From: a candidate division FCPU426 bacterium
Lineage (GTDB): Bacteria; Oederibacteriota; Muellerivitia; Muellerivitales; Muellerivitaceae
DNA length: 64,000 bases
NCBI GenBank assembly: GCA_963830915.1
Contig: CAWHOE010000035.1
Location: 32,001-96,000 of the forward strand
Reading direction: 5' to 3'
Shown here: one piece after another, positions 29,418 through 38,879 of the stretch
Numbering within the stretch: position 1 is the first letter of the stretch
Layout of the letters: every line of letters begins with the position of its first letter
Notes under the pieces: generated by a model
Database searches by the model: none
What the model was told of the DNA's origin: nothing
Seen by the model: only the letters and a program-made list of their open reading frames with translations
Position numbers and translations under genes: made by a program

Positions 29418-30980
29418 TTATTGCTGATCATCGTCTTTGGGCTTTTTACGCTCTTCCTCAAGCTTCTTTTCACCCGCGACCGCGTCCTTATCCGCCTTCT
29501 TCACGGGATATTTGGCCAACAACTCCTTGCTGATCTTCCCGTCATTCTTGATGATCTGTTCGGCGATGAGGACCTGAGGGTCCCGGATGACCGCGTCCTC
29601 GCGGGCTTCCTTCTCCCCTAATTTCTCCCGGATCAGTTCCACCAGCAGGCTGTTCTTCAGGTAGTCCTGGTCCTTCTTGAGCTCGTCCTTGTCGATCTTT
29701 TTGACGTTCTTGGCGCAATAGGCGTAGAAGTCTTCCATCATCTTGGGGGTGATGGCCATATCGGCGGTGACCTCGATCTTCTTTTTCACCAGTTCCTGGG
29801 CGAACTTTTCCGGCATCTGCTTGCTATAGACCTTCAGGGTGGACTCGGAAATATCATGGTCCTTCAGGTCCAGGTCCGGATCGATCCCGATACCGTGGAT
29901 GCAGATATGGTTGGGGGTGAAATACTTGGCCATGGTGAGGCGCAAGGCGGCCCCGTCGCTGTTATCCAGGGGCAGGATGGTCTGGACCGATCCCTTGCCG
30001 AAGGTCTTGGTCCCGATGAGCACGCCCCTTTTCCAATCCTTCAGGGCTCCGGCCACGATCTCGGCCCCGGAGGCGCTTCCCTCGTTGACCATGACCACGA
30101 CCGGCTTTTTCTTGTCGAATTTGTCGCCTTCGGTCACATGGAACACCTGGTTCTGGTTGACGCTCCGGCCCTCGGTGGAAACGATGGTCTTGCCGTCCTC
30201 GCCGAAGTAGTCGGACACTCCGACCGCCTCATTGAGCAATCCCCCCGGGTCGTTACGCAGGTCGATCACCAAGCCCTTCAAGGGCGACTGCTTCTGGAGC
30301 GCGTTGACGGCGTTCACGAAATCCTCGGTGGTATTCTCGATGAACTCGGAGATGCGCACATAACCGATGTCGCCGGGAAGCATATAGGACCGGATGCTCT
30401 CGATCTTGATGGCGTCCCGCACGATGGTCACGTCGAAAGGCTCATTCAGCCCTTCCCGGACGATGGTGATGGTGACCTTGGTGCCGATCTTGCCCCGGAG
30501 GCGCTTGACCGCGTCGTTGATGGTCATCATGTCGGTCTTTTCGTCGTTGATCTTGACGATCTTGTCTCCCGCCTTGATGCCGGCCCGATCCGCCGGGGTG
30601 CCCTCAATGGGCGAGATGACCGTCAGACGGTCGTCCTTCAGGGCGATCTCGATGCCCAATCCCCCGAACTTGCCCGAGGTCTCGGTCTGCATCTCTTTGT
30701 AATCCTCTGGGGGCATGAACTGGCTGAAGGGATCCAGGGTGGCGACCATTCCCTGCAGGGCCCCATAGATGAGGTCCTTCGGGTTGGTCTTGTCCACATC
30801 CACATACTTCTCGCGGATGATGGCCAAGGCGTCCACGAAGGGATTGAGGTACTTGTAAACGTCCTCTGAAGTTTCCTTGGGATTATTGTTGGATTGCGTC
30901 ACGGCCCCGGCGGTGAAGCTCACCACCGAGAGGGTGATCAGCATGAAGGCCACGGTCAAAAAGGATGGACGACGATTCAT
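29418..30980 (-). CDS. S41 carboxyl-terminal processing protease (CtpA-like)
   Basis: LDPFS, FGGLGI (PDZ), DLRNDPGG, SASGAEI, FGKGSVQ. Confidence 0.95.
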   Translation of the reverse strand: MNRRPSFLTVAFMLITLSVVSFTAGAVTQSNNNPKETSEDVYKYLNPFVDALAIIREKYVDVDKTNPKDLIYGALQGMVATLDPFSQFMPPEDYKEMQTETSGKFGGLGIEIALKDDRLTVISPIEGTPADRAGIKAGDKIVKINDEKTDMMTINDAVKRLRGKIGTKVTITIVREGLNEPFDVTIVRDAIKIESIRSYMLPGDIGYVRISEFIENTTEDFVNAVNALQKQSPLKGLVIDLRNDPGGLLNEAVGVSDYFGEDGKTIVSTEGRSVNQNQVFHVTEGDKFDKKKPVVVMVNEGSASGAEIVAGALKDWKRGVLIGTKTFGKGSVQTILPLDNSDGAALRLTMAKYFTPNHICIHGIGIDPDLDLKDHDISESTLKVYSKQMPEKFAQELVKKKIEVTADMAITPKMMEDFYAYCAKNVKKIDKDELKKDQDYLKNSLLVELIREKLGEKEAREDAVIRDPQVLIAEQIIKNDGKISKELLAKYPVKKADKDAVAGEKKLEEERKKPKDDDQQ

Positions 30981-31017
30981 GACTTCCTCCTAGGATTTTC
31001 AGCTTGGCTTGGGACGA

Positions 31018-32256
31018 TCAGGAACGGTGTTTCAACCAACGGATGGGATCTTGGGGCACTCCGTCCTTCCGGATCTCGAAATAAAGGCTGCTCCCGACCA
31101 GGGAACCCGTGTCCCCAACGGTCCCGATGACCTGGCCCGCGGCGACTTTTTGGCCTTCGGTCACGTTCAATTCATTGGCTTGAGCGTAGAGAGAATAATA
31201 CCCTTGGCCGTGGTCTAAAATCACTAACTTTCCATAACCTTTGAACCAGTCGGCGTATCGAACGTTGCCCGCCGCCACCGCCCGGATGGGAGTTCCCATG
31301 GGCGCCTTGATCTGGATGCCCGTATTATCCACTACCGCGTTGAACTCCTTATTCTTATGGCTCCCGAATGAATAATCGGGGAGTATCTCGCCCGTAACGG
31401 GCCAGGGGATCCTGCCCCGAACGACCTTGAGCCCTTTTCCGACCGGCGCCGACGCCGCCGCCACTTTCTTGACCTCCGTCGCGGTCTTCAACAACAAGGA
31501 AACTTTCGCCTGCAGGTCCTGGGCGCGGTCGTTCAGTTCGGAGATGGTCTGTTCCCGGAGCTCTTGTTGACGCTTGATGGAGGTGATGAAAACGGTCCGC
31601 TTCGATCTTTCCCTCGAGAAGTTCTTTTCCCTCCGGCCGAGGGAAGCCATTAGGATCTCCTTGCGGTGCTCTTCCTCGCCCCATTGGTTGGAAGCTGTCT
31701 CCAGAACCTGCTCATGCCGCAGGGTTTGGGCCAGGATCTTCTCGTTGGACTTGGCCAACAGCATGCCGAACTTGAGCTTCCGGGCCAGGTCCCCGAAATT
31801 ATCCGAACTCAACAATCCGCCCAGGAAAGGGGTCCGGAAGGACATTCGATGCAACGCCCGCAAACGGCGGCCCAGGATGAGCCGGCTCTGGACCAACTGG
31901 GTCTGGTTCTGGGCGATATCGAATCGCAATCGGTCGATGCGGTCGCGGGTCGCTCCTAGGTCGTCCTCATTGGCTTCCTTTTCCTGCCGGAGCTTGTTCA
32001 GGGCCTGGTCCACCTTCTGAAGCCTGGCCAGGACGCTTCTTTCCCGGGCGGCGGCCAGTCTTTGCTTTTTCTTCTCTTCCTGGAGTTCTTTCTGGACTTC
32101 CGCCAAACCTTTCTTGTTCTGGAGGATGTTCTGTTTGATCTGGGTCAGGTCTTTGGCGGGAGTGGGAGCGGGAACGGATTGGGCGAGACAAGGCGCTGAC
32201 CCCATCAGGCCCAGGGCCAGGAAAGCCAGCCATTGGCCGAGAAAGGACCGTTTCAC
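31018..32256 (-). CDS. envC: murein hydrolase activator EnvC (coiled coil + degenerate M23)
   Basis: Start GTG 32256 overlapping the ftsX stop; signal peptide, long coiled coil, WPVTG, NTGIQI and SLYFEIR (Zn ligands lost). Confidence 0.88.
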   Translation of the reverse strand: MKRSFLGQWLAFLALGLMGSAPCLAQSVPAPTPAKDLTQIKQNILQNKKGLAEVQKELQEEKKKQRLAAARERSVLARLQKVDQALNKLRQEKEANEDDLGATRDRIDRLRFDIAQNQTQLVQSRLILGRRLRALHRMSFRTPFLGGLLSSDNFGDLARKLKFGMLLAKSNEKILAQTLRHEQVLETASNQWGEEEHRKEILMASLGRREKNFSRERSKRTVFITSIKRQQELREQTISELNDRAQDLQAKVSLLLKTATEVKKVAAASAPVGKGLKVVRGRIPWPVTGEILPDYSFGSHKNKEFNAVVDNTGIQIKAPMGTPIRAVAAGNVRYADWFKGYGKLVILDHGQGYYSLYAQANELNVTEGQKVAAGQVIGTVGDTGSLVGSSLYFEIRKDGVPQDPIRWLKHRS

Positions 32257-33155
32257 TTCAGTTCCTTCACCCATTTCGACTGGAGGGCCAGGAAAGACCC
32301 GGTAAAACTCAGGATGACACCCAAAGCCGCCAGGGCCAGGTAGAGATCCCACCAGTCCAATTCGGGCAGGTGGAGCAGGATGTCCAGTCCCCCGTATTGG
32401 GCCAGGGTCATCCCCACGATGTGCCGGATCAATTCCAGGATCAGGACCATCAAGCCGGTCCCCAGGATACCCTGCAGGACCCCTTCCCAAAGATAAGGAC
32501 CCCAGCGCATCCAAGTCGGGGCGCCCATGCGGGAGAGAAGGATGAAATCCTCCTTTCGGGCCCAGAAAGAAAGGGAGAGCGTATTGGTGATGATGAAAAG
32601 GGCCGTCAGGAAGACGAACCCGCCCAGGAAAAGTCCCATCCATCGGACCGTACGGCTGATATTGGACACCTCTTCCCATTCATTCTTGCCGTAGTTGACC
32701 TCCTCCACCGAGGGGTCTTTTTTCAGCCGGTTCACCAGTTCATCCAGATTACCGGCCGCGTCCTTTTTCAGCACGACGCTGATGGAATCGGTCAAGGGAT
32801 TCTCGCCCAGGGCCTGGACCATACGGTCGATGTCCGGGTCCTTCCGGAAATCCTGTAGCGCTTCTTCCTTGGTGACGACCTTGACGGAGGCCACTTGGGG
32901 TTCGGCGGAGAGCGTATCCTTGATCCGGGCGAGGTCGGTCGTATCGGCCGCGGAGGTCAAGAAAACCGCCATTTCGAACTTTTCCTTGGCCGAAACCAGG
33001 GCATTATCCAATACGCGGGAAATGCCCAGGAAGATCGAGAGTTGAAGGAGGGTCGAGGCAACAATGACGATGACCGTGGTGGAAAGCCCCTTGGACCTGA
33101 ACAGGTGGGCGAACCCTTCTTTTAGCACGAAAACCAACCTGGAAAAATTGTTCAT
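32253..33155 (-). CDS. ftsX: cell division permease FtsX
   Basis: TM1, SKEEAL-like TKEEAL, LGENPL, ITNTL, MGA, EG; lies between ftsE and envC. Confidence 0.88.
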   Translation of the reverse strand: MNNFSRLVFVLKEGFAHLFRSKGLSTTVIVIVASTLLQLSIFLGISRVLDNALVSAKEKFEMAVFLTSAADTTDLARIKDTLSAEPQVASVKVVTKEEALQDFRKDPDIDRMVQALGENPLTDSISVVLKKDAAGNLDELVNRLKKDPSVEEVNYGKNEWEEVSNISRTVRWMGLFLGGFVFLTALFIITNTLSLSFWARKEDFILLSRMGAPTWMRWGPYLWEGVLQGILGTGLMVLILELIRHIVGMTLAQYGGLDILLHLPELDWWDLYLALAALGVILSFTGSFLALQSKWVKELK

Positions 33156-33862
33156 GGGACCGCCTCCTCAAGCGGCTGGAGTTTTCCTTGGTCGAGTTTC
33201 ATCCATTGGATCGGCGGTACGGACGGCATGGACTTGAGATTTTCATAGAAGGACATCTGCTGGATGGAAAGTATGACGGTGGTCCCGGTACGATTGAGCT
33301 CGAAAAGGAACTTCAGCAGGGTCTGGACCGCCTTATCATCCAACCCCTGGAACGGGTCGTCCACCAGGAGCAAACGGGGCCTGAATATCATGGCCCGCAA
33401 GGCCAGGACCATTCGTTTTTCCCCGGAAGAAAGATCGGCGGGTTTGGATTGGATCTTGTCCCCCAATCCCGCGTTGGAAAGCAGTTTACGGATGGCTTCT
33501 TTCTGGCCTTCGGTGGAGACTTCCTTGACATGAAGGATGAACAGGATGTTCTCTTCCACCGTTTTGTCGGGAAAAAGGCTCAGGTCCGGAAAGATCATGC
33601 CGACCTCATTGAGCCATTGCCTTTTTTCGGAAGCCGAAAGACCGTGGATGTCCTTGTGGTCGATGCGAAGGACCCCGGAGGTGGGTTTCTCCTCACCGCC
33701 CAGCATTTTCAAGAAGGTGCTTTTTCCCGTGCGGCTTTCCCCCAAAATGGCGATGAAGGAGCCTTCCGGCGCGGAAAAATAAGCGTTTTCCAGGACCTTA
33801 ACGCCCGAGGAATGTACTTTGGTGAGATGAAAAGCCTGGATCATCATGTGCCGATTCTCCAT
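33152..33862 (-). CDS. ftsE: FtsE-like ABC ATPase with degenerate catalytic motifs
   Basis: GESRTGKS, PTSG, TVEEN, LSSGE, LLLVDDP; position upstream of ftsX. Confidence 0.82.
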   Translation of the reverse strand: MENRHMMIQAFHLTKVHSSGVKVLENAYFSAPEGSFIAILGESRTGKSTFLKMLGGEEKPTSGVLRIDHKDIHGLSASEKRQWLNEVGMIFPDLSLFPDKTVEENILFILHVKEVSTEGQKEAIRKLLSNAGLGDKIQSKPADLSSGEKRMVLALRAMIFRPRLLLVDDPFQGLDDKAVQTLLKFLFELNRTGTTVILSIQQMSFYENLKSMPSVPPIQWMKLDQGKLQPLEEAVP

Positions 33863-33999
33863 GAAAATTGATCTTTTGAAATCGGTAGGATACCGACCTT
33901 CTTGATCGATTTATTGAATGTCGGCATGACCTTTAAATTACGGCAGGACGCCCTTTACCGCAAGGGAAATGAAGGTTCCCCAGGGCCCTTCGGATGGAT

Positions 34000-35019
34000 C
34001 TACGGCTTCTGATTGGCCGCTTGTTGGCGGCGCAGGGCGCGGTGTATCTTCCGGGCCATATGGACATTCTTCTGATGTTCCGCGAGGGTCGTGGCGAAGA
34101 GGTTGGTGCCGTCTCCCTGGGAAACGTAATAGAGGTAAGGCACATCGGCGGGCTGTAGCACCGCCTGGATGGATTCCATGCCCGGATTACAAATGGGTGT
34201 GGGAGGCAATCCCCGGTGTAGATAGGTGTTATAGGGGGACTGGATATTGATCTGAGCGTTCGAGAACCAAGGGTTTTTGGAATTCAAGACATAGTTCAAG
34301 GTGGCGTTCACCTGTAGCCTGATCTTCTGGTGGATGCGGTTGTAAAGGACCCCGGCCACGATGGGCCTTTCCTCATCGACCTTTGCCTCTTTTTCAACGA
34401 TCGAAGCCAGGATCACCGCCTGATAAGGCGTGAGATTCTTCACCAAGCAAAGACGATTGAAATCGCTCCCTACGGCGTCCTGGAACTGTCGAACCAAAAG
34501 CTCGATCAACTCCGCCGGGCTGGCGCCCAGCGGGACCCGATAGGTCTCCGGAAAAAGGAACCCTTCCACACTGCGTCCCTCGATCCCGAGTTTCTTGAGC
34601 AGGACCGGGTCTTCCGCCGCCTTCATGAACTCCGGCGCTTGGACCACTTTCATCTTTTCCAGTTCCTGGGCGATCTGTTCGACCGTATACCCCTCGGGGA
34701 TCTTCAGGGCCAATAGTTCGCTTTTTCCCTGGGACATGGTGGTGACCAATTCCCAAAGGCTCATCCTTGGATTCATGCGGTAGAGACCGGCTTTCAGGTG
34801 ACGGTCCGCGTGGGTCAGCTTGGTCAAGACCCTGAAAGGCAGGGCGAAATGGATGATGCCATTGTCTTTCAGCTTTTGGGCGATGACCCTGGCGCTGTTC
34901 TTGGAATTGACGGGAATATCCACATCCGGCCCCGGGTAAAAGAACGGCGGAAAGAAAAGACAAGCGAACAGGACAAAAAATATCCCCAACCCGATCCCAT
35001 ACCATTTAAGGATTTTCAT
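34000..35019 (-). CDS. mltG: endolytic transglycosylase MltG
   Basis: IPEG, EGFLFPETY, LASIVEKE, SPYNTY, GLPPTPICNPG. Confidence 0.96.
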   Translation of the reverse strand: MKILKWYGIGLGIFFVLFACLFFPPFFYPGPDVDIPVNSKNSARVIAQKLKDNGIIHFALPFRVLTKLTHADRHLKAGLYRMNPRMSLWELVTTMSQGKSELLALKIPEGYTVEQIAQELEKMKVVQAPEFMKAAEDPVLLKKLGIEGRSVEGFLFPETYRVPLGASPAELIELLVRQFQDAVGSDFNRLCLVKNLTPYQAVILASIVEKEAKVDEERPIVAGVLYNRIHQKIRLQVNATLNYVLNSKNPWFSNAQINIQSPYNTYLHRGLPPTPICNPGMESIQAVLQPADVPYLYYVSQGDGTNLFATTLAEHQKNVHMARKIHRALRRQQAANQKP

Positions 35020-35452
35020 GTTTTTCCTTCAAAGGGATCAATGCCGTCCCTTCCAACGCCGATTGTAACAAAAGAGCCGCGGCGACCTTATCGATCTTTC
35101 CCTTGCGGTCCTCGCGGCGGACATTCCCCTCGATCAAGGCCCGCTCAGCCTGCTTGCTGGTCAGCCTTTCATCCACGAAAAAAACCGGGACGTTCAACCA
35201 CCCGGCCAACTTGCCCGTGAAATCCCTGACCTTTTGGGTGGTGGCGCTTTCGGTGCCGTCCATGTTGAGGGGCAATCCCACGATGACTTGCGTGACCTCG
35301 TGCTTATTCACCAACTCGCCGATAGCGGCGATATCCTTTTGGGTTCCGGAGGCCTTCAGGACGACCAAGGGTTGGGCGGTCAGGCCCAAAGGATCGGAAA
35401 GGGCCACGCCTATTCGGACATGGCCCAGGTCCAGGCCCAACCAACGCTTCAT
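35006..35452 (-). CDS. ruvX: pre-16S rRNA nuclease YqgF/RuvX
   Basis: LGLDLG, RIGVALSD, VGLPLNMDG, DERLTS, DKVAAALLLQ. Confidence 0.96.
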   Translation of the reverse strand: MKRWLGLDLGHVRIGVALSDPLGLTAQPLVVLKASGTQKDIAAIGELVNKHEVTQVIVGLPLNMDGTESATTQKVRDFTGKLAGWLNVPVFFVDERLTSKQAERALIEGNVRREDRKGKIDKVAAALLLQSALEGTALIPLKEKHENP

Positions 35453-35490
35453 CAAGACTTTTTTACCACTGAAAAAAAACAACTATTTTT

Positions 35491-35568
35491 TAGCCACCGA
35501 TTAACACCGATAAACATTGATGATTCTTTTAAAAAAAATCCGTGTTCATCTGTGTTCATCTGTGGTTG
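35491..35568. repeat. inverted repeat built from 10-nt units
   Basis: Left arm TAGCCACCGATTAACACCGATAAACATTGAT; right arm ATCCGTGTTCATCTGTGTTCATCTGTGGTTG. Confidence 0.8.
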
Positions 35569-35599
35569 AAACATGACTTAGCCGTTTCTTTTTTAAAAT

Positions 35600-38272
35600 T
35601 TATTTCATCATTTTTTCTAGAATTTGCGGTACCTGATTCAAGGCCTCATCCACCTTGGAGGCGTCCTTGCCGCCCGCCTGGGCTAGGTCGGGTCTGCCGC
35701 CCCCTCCTCCGCCGGTGATCTTGGCCACTTCCTTGACGATATCCCCAGCCTTGACCTTGGCCGTGAGATCCTTGGTGACTCCCGCGATGAAGGCGATCTG
35801 GCCTGGTTTTCCGCTTCCCAGGACGATGACGCCGCTTCCCATTTTTTCTTTCAGGGAATCGATCAATTGACGCATTCCGTCGGCGTCCAGATCATCGGTC
35901 CGGGCGACCACCAAAGCCACGCCCTTCACTTCCTTTTTCCCGCCCAAAACCTCGTCCACCAGACTGCCCGCCAGTTTGGACTTGAGGGACGCCAATTCCC
36001 TTTCCTTGGCCTTCATTTCATCCAACAGGGACTGGACCTTGGTCTTCAATTCGGCGTCTGAGCTTTTCAAAAGTTGGGCGATTTCTTTGAGAGTCTCCTC
36101 CTCTTGGCTGACCTTCGCCAAGGAGCCCTCTCCTGTGATCGCCTCGATCCGGCGCACGCCCGAGGCCACCGAAGCCTCGCTGACGATCTTGAACAAGCCG
36201 ATATCCCCGGTGCGATTCACATGGGTGCCGCCGCAGAGTTCCATGGAAAAGCCCGGCACATCCACCACTCGGACCCTTTCCCCGTACTTTTCGCTGAAAA
36301 AGGCCATGGCGCCCTTTTTCTTGGCCTCGTCGAAGGACATCTCCTGTTTGGAAACCTCCAGGTTGTCCAAGATGCGCTGATTAACGATACGCTCGATCTT
36401 ATGCAATTGTTCCGGTTTGACCCCCTCGAAATGGGTGAAGTCGAATCGAAGCCGATCCGGTCCCACATAGCTTCCGGCCTGACCCACATGGGTTCCCAGG
36501 ACCTGCCTGAGGGCGGCGTGTAAAAGGTGGGTGCCGGTATGGTTGCGCATGGTAGCCCGGCGTTCACTTTCCTCGACTGTGGCCTCGACCTTTTGACCCG
36601 CGGTGAGCTTTCCCCGTTTCATGAAGCACCAGTGGCCTATCAGGGTATCGGTCACCATTTGGGTATCCAGCACATCCGCCCAGGCGACTTCGGCCGAGTT
36701 GAAGCCCTGGATCACGCCTTTGTCGCCGACCTGTCCGCCTTTTTCGGCGTAGAAAGGCGTCTGGTTCAAAAGCACAAACCCATATTCACCCTCGTTCAAT
36801 TTCTCGATTGGCTCATGCTTCTTGTCCTTCACCCGGACGATCTGGACTATCTGGCCCAGGTCCTTGATCTTTTCGTATCCTTTGAACATCGTCGGTCCGA
36901 GTTTAGCGGCCATTTCCTTATAGAGCGGAGGCAAGATGGCGTCGCCGCTTCCCTTCCAGGCCGAGCGGGCTTTTTCTTTCTGGCCCTCCATGGCCTTTTG
37001 AAAACCGGCCTCGTCCACTGAAAGACCTTTTTCCTTCAGGATCTCCTTGGTGATGTCCAGGGGGAACCCAAAAGTGTCGTAAAGCATGAAGGCTTCCTCA
37101 CCCGAAAGAGTGGAGGCCTTCTCTTTTTTCAGACCCTCGATCTTTTCCAAAAGACGTTCCGTGCCAGCGGCCAGTGTCTCGTAGAATCGCTCTTCCTCGG
37201 ACCTTACCACATTGACGATATGTTCCTTCCGTTCGACCACTTCCGGGTAAACGCCGCCCATGAGTTTCCCGACTTCCAGGGTCAGGGCGGAAAGGAATGG
37301 CCGGTCGAACCCGAGCAATTTGCCGTGTCGGATGGCCCGGCGAAGGATCCGGCGCAGGACGTATCCCCTGCCCTCATTGGAGGGAAGGACCCCGTCGGCG
37401 ATAAGGAAGGTCGTGGCTCTCAAGTGGTCGCTGATGACCTTCAAGGAGGTGTAGGTCTGGGAGCCGTCCGCCTGGAAAGGGATATTGCCCGCCTTGGCGA
37501 TGCCCGCCATGAGGGGGGAAAGTAGATCCGTCTCGAAATTGGAGGGAACGTTCTGCATAACGCTGGCGACCCGTTCCAAACCCATGCCCGTATCGATGTT
37601 GGGTTTGGGCAGGGGTTTAAGCGTTCCGTCGGCTTGGCGGTCGTACTGGGTAAAGACCAGGTTCCAGATCTCCAAGAACCGTCCCGTCTCGGCGTCCTGC
37701 TCGAAATCCTTGGTGGGAGGACCGCTCGGGTCCAGGTCCACATAGATCTCGGAACAGGGACCACAGGGGCCAGTGGGTCCCATGGTCCAAAAATTGGAGT
37801 CTTCCCCCATCCGAATGATGCGTTCCTCTGGAAGGCCGGAGGTCTTTTTCCAAAGTTCCTTCGCCTCGTCATCCTTTTCGTAGATGGAGACCCAAAGCCG
37901 GGCCTTATCGATCTTCAGGACCTCGGTGACGAATTCCCAACCCCAAGCGATGGCTTCTTTCTTGAAATATCCGCCAAAGGAAAAGTTCCCCAGCATCTCG
38001 AAGAATGTATGGTGACGGGCGGTATATCCCACCCTCTCCAGGTCCCCGGTGCGGAAACATTTCTGGCAGGAGGCGGCGTAAGGTACAGCATGGGGAAAGG
38101 GCACCGTACCCAGAAAGTATGGTTTGAATTGGTTCATCCCGGCGTTGGCCAACAGGAGGGTAGGGTCGCTTTCGGGCACAAGGGATGAGGAAGGCACGAT
38201 CTTATGATTTTTGGACTTAAAGAAGTCCAAGTAGGCCTGTCTAATCTCGCTTCCAGTCGTGGGCACACCCAT
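35600..38272 (-). CDS. alaS: alanine-tRNA ligase
   Basis: NAGMNQFK, RHHTFFEMLGNFSFG, IDTGMGLER, NHTGTHLLH, LCGGTH, GGGGGRPD. Confidence 0.99.
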   Translation of the reverse strand: MGVPTTGSEIRQAYLDFFKSKNHKIVPSSSLVPESDPTLLLANAGMNQFKPYFLGTVPFPHAVPYAASCQKCFRTGDLERVGYTARHHTFFEMLGNFSFGGYFKKEAIAWGWEFVTEVLKIDKARLWVSIYEKDDEAKELWKKTSGLPEERIIRMGEDSNFWTMGPTGPCGPCSEIYVDLDPSGPPTKDFEQDAETGRFLEIWNLVFTQYDRQADGTLKPLPKPNIDTGMGLERVASVMQNVPSNFETDLLSPLMAGIAKAGNIPFQADGSQTYTSLKVISDHLRATTFLIADGVLPSNEGRGYVLRRILRRAIRHGKLLGFDRPFLSALTLEVGKLMGGVYPEVVERKEHIVNVVRSEEERFYETLAAGTERLLEKIEGLKKEKASTLSGEEAFMLYDTFGFPLDITKEILKEKGLSVDEAGFQKAMEGQKEKARSAWKGSGDAILPPLYKEMAAKLGPTMFKGYEKIKDLGQIVQIVRVKDKKHEPIEKLNEGEYGFVLLNQTPFYAEKGGQVGDKGVIQGFNSAEVAWADVLDTQMVTDTLIGHWCFMKRGKLTAGQKVEATVEESERRATMRNHTGTHLLHAALRQVLGTHVGQAGSYVGPDRLRFDFTHFEGVKPEQLHKIERIVNQRILDNLEVSKQEMSFDEAKKKGAMAFFSEKYGERVRVVDVPGFSMELCGGTHVNRTGDIGLFKIVSEASVASGVRRIEAITGEGSLAKVSQEEETLKEIAQLLKSSDAELKTKVQSLLDEMKAKERELASLKSKLAGSLVDEVLGGKKEVKGVALVVARTDDLDADGMRQLIDSLKEKMGSGVIVLGSGKPGQIAFIAGVTKDLTAKVKAGDIVKEVAKITGGGGGGRPDLAQAGGKDASKVDEALNQVPQILEKMMK

Positions 38273-38347
38273 AAAAACCCCTGTTCAAATCGTGTTTGCG
38301 AAGGTCGGAATTATAGCCGAAAACCCTGATTTGGGCGAGATAGGACA

Positions 38348-38378
38348 AGGGCCCGGGGCGTTTGCCCCAGGCCCTTTT
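38348..38378. terminator. hairpin/terminator between the small ORF and alaS
   Basis: AGGGCCcGGGGC-gttt-GCCCCaGGCCCTTTT. Confidence 0.55.
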
Positions 38379-38387
38379 CAAGGTTCA

Positions 38388-38524
38388 CTAGCAGGCTACT
38401 GAAAAAGTAAAAAAAGGCCACAAAGTAGCCTGCGACCCCAAAGATTCCGCAGGAATCGTGGGGTTACCGCAAATGTCGTCAGCTGAAAAAGTCCGCATTA
38501 GGGACTTTTTCAGCAACCTGCTAG
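38388..38524. mobile_element. MITE-like element with terminal inverted repeats bounded by CTAG
   Basis: CTAGCAGGCTACTGAAAAAGT ... ACTTTTTCAGCAACCTGCTAG (19/21 match); no internal ORF. Confidence 0.75.
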
Positions 38525-38550
38525 AAGGTTTTCAAAGGAAACGGGAGGAA

Positions 38551-38868
38551 TTACTGCGCGACGGTCACTTTTCCAGTGCCCGGATCGTACTGGAGCCCGC
38601 CTGGGATATGATCGATATAATTCGGTACTAGGTCCTGCAAAGAAGCCGGCAGGGTTCCCTTGTCTCCCTTATATTTTTCCACCGCGCCCTGAACGCTCTC
38701 CGTATTGGCGCCTGCCATGACAGCTCTGGCTTTATCCTCGTCGTTCTTCAAAGCGTTGGTGTAACCGGGCAAGGTCGCTTCTTTCGGGGCCGAGGCCACC
38801 GTATTCCAAAGGTAATAGCCGATACCGCCCAGGATCAGGATGACCAGCAAGAAAAATAGTTTACCCAT
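38551..38868 (-). CDS. small membrane-anchored protein with pseudopilin (GspG-like) C-terminus
   Basis: N-terminal TM; KYKGDKGTLPASLQDLVPNYI..IP..YDP.TGKV; SD AGGAGG. Confidence 0.6.
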   Translation of the reverse strand: MGKLFFLLVILILGGIGYYLWNTVASAPKEATLPGYTNALKNDEDKARAVMAGANTESVQGAVEKYKGDKGTLPASLQDLVPNYIDHIPGGLQYDPGTGKVTVAQ

Positions 38869-38879
38869 TTCCGACCTCC

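Noticed and set aside
32257..32679. Long N-terminal extension of EnvC in the ORF track
   Set aside because: It overlaps ftsX; the signal peptide begins at GTG 32256.
38273..38345. T-box leader for alaS
   Set aside because: Too short and no TGGNACC antiterminator motif.
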